A stretch of 64,000 bases of DNA, taken from an uncultured Candidatus Saccharibacteria bacterium (lineage in GTDB: Bacteria > Patescibacteriota > Minisyncoccia > UBA11713 > 2-01-FULL-45-33). The notes beneath the pieces were generated by a model. The model was not told where the DNA came from. It was given only the letters and a program-made list of their open reading frames with translations, and made no database searches. Within the stretch, counting starts at the first letter, position 1. Every line of letters begins with the position of its first letter. This document shows positions 45,989 through 53,289 of the stretch, piece by piece. The position numbers and the translations under genes were made by a program. The stretch spans positions 44,027 through 108,026 of the forward strand of contig CAYXFX010000002.1 of the NCBI GenBank assembly GCA_964464405.1, read 5' to 3'.

Positions 45989-46048
45989 ATATTTTCTCCT
46001 TAATTGGCAACCCCACACTAAATCTACTCTTATTATTACAGTCTGACA

Positions 46049-46080
46049 CAAAAAAGAAAACCTCGAAAGCATCGAGGTTT
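46049..46080 (-). terminator. Rho-independent terminator for 46079..46684
   Basis: Hairpin AACCTCG-aaagca-TCGAGGTT overlapping the stop codon, followed on the minus strand by TTCTTTTTT. Confidence 0.5.
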
Positions 46081-46684
46081 AGTGGATAGTTTTTGTTGGC
46101 TTGGTTTCTTTTCCATTGTATAAAAAATGTTCGGAGATAATTTCAAATTCTCCATCCGTAATAAAACCTGCTTCACGCGCCCCTGCTATGGTTTCGTCCT
46201 GCGTATGAATGATATCGTGCAATGTTTTTATTTCCTCATCTTTTTCTTTTTGAATGACGTCGCAGGTTGTTCCCAGCTCTTTATATCTTTTTTCCTCATC
46301 GGAAAGAGCTGCGAACAAAATCTCATTTCGCTTGCGAATTTTTTCAAGAAGTTGTGCGCAATCTATAGCTTCCCTTTTGAGTTGTTCAAAATATTCATCT
46401 GCAGTCGGCGCGATGTGTCCTGTAGAAAAATCGAGAAGTTTAATTTCGTGCGCAGATGCCCATTCTTGAACCCTTTTATTTAAAAGAAAAACATTGCCGC
46501 TTTCTTCAAAAAGCGTTTCCACAATGACGGGCGCGAGAGCTTGTTCATCTTTTGCGTCATCGAACTTAAAATGTTTCAAACGTAAAAGAACATTATACCG
46601 ATCTTTATATTCTTGATCTCTAATCCTGATAATATGCGCATAAATCATTTTACACCTCCTTTGATCTAGAGTTTGTTGTATCAT
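46079..46684 (-). CDS. Hypothetical protein (coiled-coil rich)
   Basis: 201-aa ORF with charged, helical character; no family recognised. Confidence 0.45.
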   Translation of the reverse strand: MIQQTLDQRRCKMIYAHIIRIRDQEYKDRYNVLLRLKHFKFDDAKDEQALAPVIVETLFEESGNVFLLNKRVQEWASAHEIKLLDFSTGHIAPTADEYFEQLKREAIDCAQLLEKIRKRNEILFAALSDEEKRYKELGTTCDVIQKEKDEEIKTLHDIIHTQDETIAGAREAGFITDGEFEIISEHFLYNGKETKPTKTIH

Positions 46685-46700
46685 ATTTTTGAAAAAAAAT

Positions 46701-46728
46701 AAACTCTCTGTAAAATTACAGAGAGTTT
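46701..46728 (-). terminator. Rho-independent terminator for deoC
   Basis: Hairpin AAACTCTCTG-taaaatta-CAGAGAGTTT with the stop codon in the loop and a T-run downstream on the minus strand. Confidence 0.5.
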
Positions 46729-47381
46729 TCCTTTATTTCCTCTTCCACAATTTGTACGCTTGCGGAGCATCCCAGACGGTTTGCTCCCGCTTCGAGCATT
46801 GCCCGAGCTTGGGCTAAAGTTTTAATTCCTCCTGCAGCTTTAACCCCCATTTTTTTACCCACAACACTACGCATAAGTTTTACATCTTCAACTGTAGCGC
46901 CGTGTACAGAAAACCCAGTCGAGGTTTTTACAAAATCAGCGCCAAAAGCGCGTGCGATATTACAAGCACGCACTTTTTCATCATGCGTCAGCAAACATGC
47001 TTCGATAATAACCTTTAACACAGCATTTGTCGTCCGCCGCACAGTTTGTATATCTCGCGCAAGCAGCCTTAAATTACCAGATTTTAGGGCACCAATATTA
47101 ATAACCATATCAACCTCATCCGCTCCGTCTGCAATTGCACATCTTGCTTCTTCCGCCTTGATTTCTGAACAATTTGATCCTAAAGGGAATCCAACAACAG
47201 AACAAATCTTTAAATTTGAGAATCCTATAAAATAACTACGGCAAAATTCAACCCAGACAGGATTTACACACACTGAAAAAAATCCGTAATTAATTGCTTC
47301 TTTACAAAGCGTCTCAATTTGACTTTGAGTCGCATTAGGTTTTAACAAAGTATGATCAATGTACCGAGCAATGCCCATCAT
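46716..47381 (-). CDS. deoC: Deoxyribose-phosphate aldolase
   Basis: IDHTLLKP..., CVNP, and the lysine region FVKTSTGF; 221 aa. Confidence 0.85.
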   Translation of the reverse strand: MMGIARYIDHTLLKPNATQSQIETLCKEAINYGFFSVCVNPVWVEFCRSYFIGFSNLKICSVVGFPLGSNCSEIKAEEARCAIADGADEVDMVINIGALKSGNLRLLARDIQTVRRTTNAVLKVIIEACLLTHDEKVRACNIARAFGADFVKTSTGFSVHGATVEDVKLMRSVVGKKMGVKAAGGIKTLAQARAMLEAGANRLGCSASVQIVEEEIKENSL

Positions 47382-47474
47382 TTTTCTCCTTTCAATCTGG
47401 CATTATTCCTAGCATTAGGAAAAAAAATATGCAAATATAATTTTAGAATATTTTTTGAAAAAAAGGAGCCATGA

Positions 47475-49154
47475 ATGAGCAAGGTCACAAATCCCTATGT
47501 TACGCGAAATGAAGCAGGCGACCTCATAACTACAAACGCCGGATATCGGCACCTTTCCAAAATAGTTACGGACGTACGCGGACCGGTTTACGCATTTACA
47601 AACAACGCCGACCCGCTTAAGGTTGCGGCCGCCATGGCGCGTCTTTCTCGCAGAGGAGATGATTTAAGAAAAATTTATTTGGATGAATTTGCAAATTACA
47701 ACAAATTCACGGATACGTTTTTAGATAGATGGGCAGAAAAAGCGTATAATTTCGTTAAATCAGCAAATTCGGACCGCATGAAGGATTTAGCTTTATTTAA
47801 AAGAGTCGTTACAGGATTCGGAGATGATTCCGTCGCACAGCTAAATTTTATCTATCTTGCGTACGAAGGAGCATCGAATCTCCTTACAAAGCTTATCGAA
47901 TGGGGCAGACTCCGCGCTTATCTTGAGCAATCAACGCGATATATTTATTTTGACCAAATGGATATCAACGGGCGGTACAATTTCTTTACTCCAAAAAATC
48001 TTTCTCCTTCACTGTTAAATGAATACGAAAGAACTATGGCGCACATTTTCGATCTTTATTCAGACATCGTCCACGAACTTACGGGGTATGAACGAAAGAA
48101 AAATCCTGAGCCCGAAGGCAAGTTGGAAAGAGTTGCTTGGATCGGAGCAACAAGAGCACAGGCGTGCGACGCTGCGCGCCCTCTTTTGCCGGTTGCCGTA
48201 AAATCAACAGTCGGAATTGTAGGATCGGCGCAATCAATTCAAAACATGATTTTATTTCTCTCCGCACACAATTTGTTAGAAGCGCAAGAAGCGGGAATAA
48301 GTTTTTTGAGAGAATCAAGAAAAGTGAGCGCAGCATTTTTGGAAAGAACGGATATGCCAGAATACGGCGGAGCAGCCGTCGCTTATCAAAAAGATATTAA
48401 AGAATCTATGAAAAAAATTTCCGAAGAACTTTTGCTCCGGAGATCTTCTGAAAGCCCCAGAGTTGTTTTACTCGACTATTGGCCAAAAAACGAGCTGGAC
48501 ATCGTACCGGAAATGCTGTTTGAGTCTTCGAGAGTTCCGATAATTGAAATAGAAAATACAACTGCACGTCTATCTTATGAAGAAAAATTAAAAATTTTCA
48601 ACACCTATGTCGGAAATCGTTTAAACAGAAGGCAAAAACCAGGCAGAGCATTCGAAAAAATACACTATGAATGGATAATTTTTGCAGATTACGGAACATT
48701 TCGCGATCTCCAGCGCCACCGCATGGTAGATATGATGGAATGGCAAGAGCTTACCACAAAATATGGATTTGATGTTCCGAAATCTGTCGTAGATTCGGGA
48801 CTTGAGCAAAAATTCCGATTGTGTTTTTTGCTTTCAGACGAACTTTATAATAAAATGGCAAGCGAAAAACATGAAGAAGAAGCTCAATACGCAACGCTTC
48901 TGGGACACAAAATGAGATACCGTTTTATGCTAAACGCCCGCGCAGCATTTCATTTTCACGAGCTGCGTACGGGGCCCCAAGGGCACCCAGGTTATCGATC
49001 GATTGTAAATGAAATGCATGACATCTTAAAAAAAGTGCATCCAAATATCGCCGCGGCAATGAAATTCGTAAACCAAGGAGAAGATCCTGCGCTTACGAGA
49101 ATGGCCGCCGAAATGGCGACACAAAGAAAACTTATGTTGTTAAGTAAAGAGTAA
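47475..49154 (+). CDS. Long flavin-dependent thymidylate synthase (ThyX)-like protein (tentative)
   Basis: 559 aa, with an RHR-type motif (FRDLQRHRMVDMMEW) in the C-terminal half. The RBS AAGGAG sits 7 nt upstream. The ThyX assignment rests on the motif and on neighbouring pyrimidine genes. Confidence 0.5.
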   Translation: MSKVTNPYVTRNEAGDLITTNAGYRHLSKIVTDVRGPVYAFTNNADPLKVAAAMARLSRRGDDLRKIYLDEFANYNKFTDTFLDRWAEKAYNFVKSANSDRMKDLALFKRVVTGFGDDSVAQLNFIYLAYEGASNLLTKLIEWGRLRAYLEQSTRYIYFDQMDINGRYNFFTPKNLSPSLLNEYERTMAHIFDLYSDIVHELTGYERKKNPEPEGKLERVAWIGATRAQACDAARPLLPVAVKSTVGIVGSAQSIQNMILFLSAHNLLEAQEAGISFLRESRKVSAAFLERTDMPEYGGAAVAYQKDIKESMKKISEELLLRRSSESPRVVLLDYWPKNELDIVPEMLFESSRVPIIEIENTTARLSYEEKLKIFNTYVGNRLNRRQKPGRAFEKIHYEWIIFADYGTFRDLQRHRMVDMMEWQELTTKYGFDVPKSVVDSGLEQKFRLCFLLSDELYNKMASEKHEEEAQYATLLGHKMRYRFMLNARAAFHFHELRTGPQGHPGYRSIVNEMHDILKKVHPNIAAAMKFVNQGEDPALTRMAAEMATQRKLMLLSKE

Positions 49155-49190
49155 AAAAAACAAGAAGCCCCGCGGCTTCTTTTTTATAAT
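49153..49190. terminator. Bidirectional rho-independent terminator
   Basis: Hairpin AAGAAGCC-ccgc-GGCTTCTT with A-run and T-run flanks, between convergent genes and overlapping the stop of the minus-strand gene. Confidence 0.6.
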
Positions 49191-50371
49191 CCAAGTCTTT
49201 CGTTTACAGTTTTAATTATTTGTACCGTCAACCAATTTCTGTCTTCATCAGCGGGAAGAACCACGTAACGCCGCGGATCTTTCGCCGCTTCCGTAAGAAA
49301 CCCTTGCCTTACGCGCTCGTGAAATTCGACGCCTTCTTTTTCAAATCGCGTTACCTCAGTTTCTCTGTCTTTTTTAATCCGATCCAAAATTACGCTCGGC
49401 TTCAGATCTAAAACGAATGTTAAATCAGAAATTACTCCAGAGGTGGATTTTTTGTTAGCAGCCCGAATCTTCTCCAAATCCATTCCGCGGCCATACCCTT
49501 GATACGCAAGGGTGGAATCTCCATTTCGGTCGCAAAGAATAATTTTACCTGCTTGTTTTAATGGAATGATTTTCTTGGAAAAATGAACTTTTCTGTCTTC
49601 TTCAAAAATCTCAAATTCTGCTTCCGGTAAATCAGGACGATTCGGGTCAAGATTCTTTACTCTGCTCCTTAAATCCGGAATTCCACCTCCCGGTTCTTTT
49701 GTCGTGAAAACGGAGTATCCTTTACCAGTCAGGTAACCTGCCAGCCGCTCGATCTGAGTCGATTTTCCAGCTTTTTCCGGCCCCTCAAAAATAATAAGCA
49801 GTCCCTGCGACAACGTCTTCATAATATTCATTTTGAAGTCGAGCATTAGTTCCAAGTTCGGATAGTCGCGAAAAAGTCCTCCGTCGCCTTTTAATCTCTC
49901 AAAAACTTTTTTAAAGATAAGCGCAACATCGGCTGGATCCTTGGACCATTGCTCAAGTGGCACGCCTTTTTGTTTGCAAATTTCAGGAACAAATTCAATT
50001 CCGGCAATATTGCTATATTGTCCGACATAAACAATCCGCGAAACGCCGTACTGAAGAAGTTTTTTTACGCAAGCAAGACAAGGTGTCGCAATAATATAGG
50101 CAGTTGCGCCAGATAAGCTGGAAACAGCATTCGCAATTGCGTTATCTTCTCCATGTAAAGTGCGCAAACAGTGACCGTTAACCATGTAATGATCCACTTC
50201 ATCGCAATTCGGCAATCCGGCAACCGCTCCGTTATATCCTGAACCAATGATTCTATTATTTTTGGTTAAAACACAAGCTGTCCGCAAACGATCACAGGTT
50301 CCTCTGGAAGAAACCAGCAATGCTATTCCTATAAATAATTCGTCCCATTCCGGCTTAGACCATCTTTCCAT
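49184..50371 (-). CDS. Bifunctional fusion: dCMP/cytidine-deaminase-family zinc deaminase (N-terminal) plus thymidylate kinase (C-terminal)
   Basis: The N-terminus has HGEDNAIANA...PCLACVKKL (the H-A-E / PC-x2-C zinc motifs). The C-terminus has LIIFEGPEKAGKSTQ (Tmk P-loop), ..KEPGG.., and DRNGDSTLAYQGYG (LID/DRY region). Confidence 0.8.
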   Translation of the reverse strand: MERWSKPEWDELFIGIALLVSSRGTCDRLRTACVLTKNNRIIGSGYNGAVAGLPNCDEVDHYMVNGHCLRTLHGEDNAIANAVSSLSGATAYIIATPCLACVKKLLQYGVSRIVYVGQYSNIAGIEFVPEICKQKGVPLEQWSKDPADVALIFKKVFERLKGDGGLFRDYPNLELMLDFKMNIMKTLSQGLLIIFEGPEKAGKSTQIERLAGYLTGKGYSVFTTKEPGGGIPDLRSRVKNLDPNRPDLPEAEFEIFEEDRKVHFSKKIIPLKQAGKIILCDRNGDSTLAYQGYGRGMDLEKIRAANKKSTSGVISDLTFVLDLKPSVILDRIKKDRETEVTRFEKEGVEFHERVRQGFLTEAAKDPRRYVVLPADEDRNWLTVQIIKTVNERLGL

Positions 50372-50461
50372 TCCGCTTCTCCTATTTAAAGTGTTCTTCT
50401 AAAAACAAGGTTAGCACCGAATGCGCCTTCTAAGAAAAAATTCTGTGGATAAATGAACAGA

Positions 50462-50489
50462 TTGCAAATCAAAGTTTAAATTGTATGAT
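50462..50489 (+). promoter_or_regulatory. Candidate sigma70 promoter giving a leaderless or near-leaderless transcript for 50496..50780
   Basis: TTGCAA (50462-50467), a 16-nt spacer, TATGAT (50484-50489), then ATG at 50496 only 6 nt downstream, with no SD. Confidence 0.35.
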
Positions 50490-50495
50490 TAAAAC

Positions 50496-50780
50496 ATGAC
50501 AGATGCAATTACGAAAAAGGACTTAGAAACAATTTTGGACAAAAAATTCACTGAATATCAAGGAGCGATCCTTGAAGCTATGAATTTTAAATTTCAACAA
50601 ATTGAAAACCGAATGGACAAATTTGACAAAAAGATGGACAAATTAGCCACAACGCTGGATAATTTTGTTAAACAACTAAGCGATTACAAAGAAGAATTTA
50701 TAATTTTGAAAGGAGAAGTAGATCAAATGAAAGCAATATTTAAAGAAAAATTCGGTATTGAAATAGCAGTGCAAAAGTAA
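50496..50780 (+). CDS. Hypothetical small coiled-coil protein
   Basis: 94 aa, helical and K/E-rich, bracketed by a promoter-like element and a terminator hairpin. Confidence 0.45.
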   Translation: MTDAITKKDLETILDKKFTEYQGAILEAMNFKFQQIENRMDKFDKKMDKLATTLDNFVKQLSDYKEEFIILKGEVDQMKAIFKEKFGIEIAVQK

Positions 50781-50801
50781 ATTCATCTCATTTATAAAAA
50801 T

Positions 50802-50832
50802 AAAAAAGCGGAGCTAAACCGCTTTTATTATC
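50802..50832. terminator. Bidirectional terminator hairpin
   Basis: AAAAGCGG-agctaaa-CCGCTTTT between convergent genes. Confidence 0.5.
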
Positions 50833-51241
50833 CTGGAACCATAAGCCAACCAACAACAACTGAAAGGGAAACTCCGATTATTTGACGAATACTCAAGTTT
50901 TGACCCTGCAATAAGCAAACCATTAAAACAGTAATCGCGGGGTAGAGTGCTGAAAGAGCGGAAGTTTTAATTGGGCCGCTTGATGCCATAGCTAAAACAA
51001 AAGTTAAGCCTCCTAAAGCATAGGTAAGACCAAAAGTAAGTCCTTCCCAATCCCACCGCCAGCCGGCAAACGTGCGAAAATTCGTAGAAAATAAAATGAC
51101 AATCCCCCAAAAAATCATACCTAGCGCGATCCAGAAGTGACCGTCGAATATATCGCCGTTCTTTTTTGCAAGAACGCCGCCAAAATAAACAGACACGCCC
51201 CACATAATTGGCACAAGATAAACCCATATCGAATTTTTCAT
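50828..51241 (-). CDS. Small 4-TM membrane protein (EamA/SMR-like)
   Basis: 137 aa with four hydrophobic helices. Confidence 0.5.
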   Translation of the reverse strand: MKNSIWVYLVPIMWGVSVYFGGVLAKKNGDIFDGHFWIALGMIFWGIVILFSTNFRTFAGWRWDWEGLTFGLTYALGGLTFVLAMASSGPIKTSALSALYPAITVLMVCLLQGQNLSIRQIIGVSLSVVVGWLMVPG

Positions 51242-51534
51242 TCATCACTCTCCTTCAAAGATTCCGGTACCCGAAGTGAGTCGGTGTAAGTTTTCCACTG
51301 AATCGGCCAGTTATGAAAAAGCACGTTTCCCCTCAAAAGACACACCAAATTCCGTCGTGCTTCAGCCAACGTTTTGCCCTTCGCACAAGCTTCAACTAAA
51401 GCAATGTGTGCGCCTCGAACAGCACAAACATCTTTAGTGTTATCCAGAAGTGAAATTTTTATTGAATACCGTCCCACTTCTTCCTCTTCTTTCAACTCAC
51501 CGTCAATTTGGTAAACGACTTCCTCGAGAGTCAT
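51238..51534 (-). CDS. HicB-like / UPF0150-family small protein (tentative)
   Basis: GRYSIKISLLDNTKDVCAVRGAHIALVEACAKGKTLAEARRNLVCLL fits the UPF0150 pattern (x-G-Y..v.P...G...G.T.EEA..N..EAI). It occupies the position where rplA would normally follow rplK. Confidence 0.4.
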   Translation of the reverse strand: MTLEEVVYQIDGELKEEEEVGRYSIKISLLDNTKDVCAVRGAHIALVEACAKGKTLAEARRNLVCLLRGNVLFHNWPIQWKTYTDSLRVPESLKESDE

Positions 51535-51579
51535 GAGCGGCTCCTTCTTAAAAAAGTAATCTGAAATTAATTTAGCATT

Positions 51580-52005
51580 CTAATCAACAATTTCAATACC
51601 CATGCTTCTGGCACTGCCAGCGATGATTTTTTCGGCAGCTTCAACGTCGTTTGCGTTTAGATCTTCCATTTTGCGTTCCGCAATTTCTCGAAGTTTTGCT
51701 TTTGATATTTTTCCTACTTTTCCTTTTAAAGGATTTGCGGCTCCCTTATCAATCCCCGCCGCCTTACGCAAAAGATCAGACGCAGGAGGAGTTTTTAATT
51801 TAAAATCGAAAGTCCGATCCTGATAGATCGTAATTTCGGCAGGTATTATGTCATCCCCCATCTGAGCAGTAGCCGCGTTAAACTTGCTTACGAATTCTCC
51901 AATGTTAATTCCGTGCTGACCCAAAGCAGGCCCAATTGGAGGAGCCGGGGTCGCCTTGCCCGCAGGCGCTTGTATTTTAATTATTGTTTTTATTGGTTTG
52001 GCCAT
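51580..52005 (-). CDS. rplK: 50S ribosomal protein L11
   Basis: [35 protein letters not shown]; 141 aa. Confidence 0.9.
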   Translation of the reverse strand: MAKPIKTIIKIQAPAGKATPAPPIGPALGQHGINIGEFVSKFNAATAQMGDDIIPAEITIYQDRTFDFKLKTPPASDLLRKAAGIDKGAANPLKGKVGKISKAKLREIAERKMEDLNANDVEAAEKIIAGSARSMGIEIVD

Positions 52006-52023
52006 TTACCTGCCTAAATTTTA
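52006..52023. repeat. Arm of a recurrent inverted-repeat motif (TTACCTGCCTAAATTTTA) abutting the rplK start
   Basis: It is the reverse complement of AAAATTTAGGCAGGTAA placed directly 5' of the rplK ATG. Its partner arm AAAATTTTGGCGGGTGAAT lies at 52094-52112. The same motif occurs at 52657-52674, 52746-52768 and 62122-62163. Confidence 0.6.
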
Positions 52024-52093
52024 AGCATTTATAAACTTAAATTGAAATTTAACAATAAATTAATATTTTTGCAAACTGCCGAAATTTTATATA

Positions 52094-52112
52094 AAATTTT
52101 GGCGGGTGAATT
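52094..52112. repeat. Inverted-repeat motif arm (AAAATTTTGGCGGGTGAAT), overlapping the nusG stop
   Basis: See 52006-52023. The arms are separated by about 70 nt of AT-rich spacer containing TTTTGCAAA. Confidence 0.6.
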
Positions 52113-52656
52113 ACAATTTTTTAACCTGAAGGAAATCTAGCTCCACGGGTGTCTCTCTTCCAAACATGGAAACTAGAACCTTTACCTTGCCTCTTGATTC
52201 GTCAACCTCGCTGATTTTTCCTTCGAAATCGCGGAAGGGTCCATCGTTAATTCTTACAGGATCCCCTATGGATACGTCAATCTTATGAGTCGGCTCTTCT
52301 TTTCCTAACTTGGAAAATAACACATTTATCTCGCCTTCCGAAAGCGGGGCGGGAGTTGTCCCAGACCCAACAAACCCAGTAACTCGCGGAGTATTTCTAA
52401 CAACATACCATGAAGCGTCGGTTACAACCATTTCAACCAAAACGTAGCCTGGGTAAATTTTTTCCTCGATAACTTTCCTTTTTCCGCCTTTAATTTTTAT
52501 CTTTTTTTCCTTAGGAACCACGACTTGAAAAATTTGGTCTTCCATTCCCAAAGATTCTATACGCTGCCTCAAATTGCGGGCAACAGCTTCTTCATATCCA
52601 GCGTACGTGTGGACTGCGTACCAATTTTTTCCAAATTCTGAAGTTTGTTTTGCCAT
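52111..52656 (-). CDS. nusG: Transcription termination/antitermination factor NusG
   Basis: NWYAVHTYAGYEE (NGN domain) and a C-terminal KOW (..GDPVRINDGPFRDFEGKI..); 181 aa. Confidence 0.9.
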   Translation of the reverse strand: MAKQTSEFGKNWYAVHTYAGYEEAVARNLRQRIESLGMEDQIFQVVVPKEKKIKIKGGKRKVIEEKIYPGYVLVEMVVTDASWYVVRNTPRVTGFVGSGTTPAPLSEGEINVLFSKLGKEEPTHKIDVSIGDPVRINDGPFRDFEGKISEVDESRGKVKVLVSMFGRETPVELDFLQVKKL

Positions 52657-52674
52657 TTACCCGCCTAAATTTTA
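52657..52674. repeat. Inverted-repeat motif arm (TTACCCGCCTAAATTTTA) abutting the nusG start
   Basis: Reverse complement of AAAATTTAGGCGGGTAA placed immediately 5' of the nusG ATG. Its partner arm lies at 52746-52768, overlapping the secE stop. Confidence 0.6.
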
Positions 52675-52745
52675 AAACCTGTAATTAAAATAACTCGGCC
52701 TTTTGCAAAATCTATTTTATTATAAACTTTTGAAATTGTATTCAT

Positions 52746-52768
52746 AAATTTTAGCGGGCAAATTAAAT
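52746..52768. repeat. Inverted-repeat motif arm (AAATTTTAGCGGGCAAATTAAAT), overlapping the secE stop
   Basis: Matches the consensus AAAATTTWRGCGGGYRAAT. Confidence 0.55.
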
Positions 52769-52948
52769 AATAAAAATTTGTAATAGTCTTTGAAATATAA
52801 AATCAAACCCGCCTAAAATTAAGGCGATGCCTAAAGATACTCCGATTACAATAAGGGTAAACCGCGTGGTTTGGGCGCGCGATGGCCAATTCACCTTGCG
52901 CATCTCAATCCGCGTCTCCTTTATATAATTCATTAATTTATTAAACAT
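52763..52948 (-). CDS. secE: Preprotein translocase subunit SecE
   Basis: 61 aa with a single C-terminal TM helix (..VNWPSRAQTTRFTLIVIGVSLGIALILG..), located immediately upstream of nusG. Confidence 0.8.
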   Translation of the reverse strand: MFNKLMNYIKETRIEMRKVNWPSRAQTTRFTLIVIGVSLGIALILGGFDFIFQRLLQIFII

Positions 52949-53036
52949 AAAAATTTAAAGTTTTTTAAAAGCCCCCGAGGGCTTTATATTTATAAGTATA
53001 TAGTAAATATAATAAAAGTCAACGCATCGCGTTGGC

Positions 53037-53231
53037 TTAGTGCATAGTTAAGTTCATTTGCTTCGATAGCGCCCAATTTAGCGCCTTACCGATAGTAACT
53101 CTTATAAAAAATTCCTCGCCAGAAAAAAACCCGTTTTTTTCAGCCAATATTTTCAGCTCGATTTCACTTATACTAAGCTCCAGTGATTCTAGGTCTTCAA
53201 CATCACCCCGAAACACATCTTGTGTATACAT
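53037..53231 (-). CDS. Hypothetical small protein (uncertain)
   Basis: 64-aa ORF in a 340-bp intergenic gap; no family recognised. Confidence 0.25.
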   Translation of the reverse strand: MYTQDVFRGDVEDLESLELSISEIELKILAEKNGFFSGEEFFIRVTIGKALNWALSKQMNLTMH

Positions 53232-53289
53232 ATCGTTCTCCTTTAGGGAAATTATCTATTTTAGAGTATACAATATTTTAGCAAAAAAA

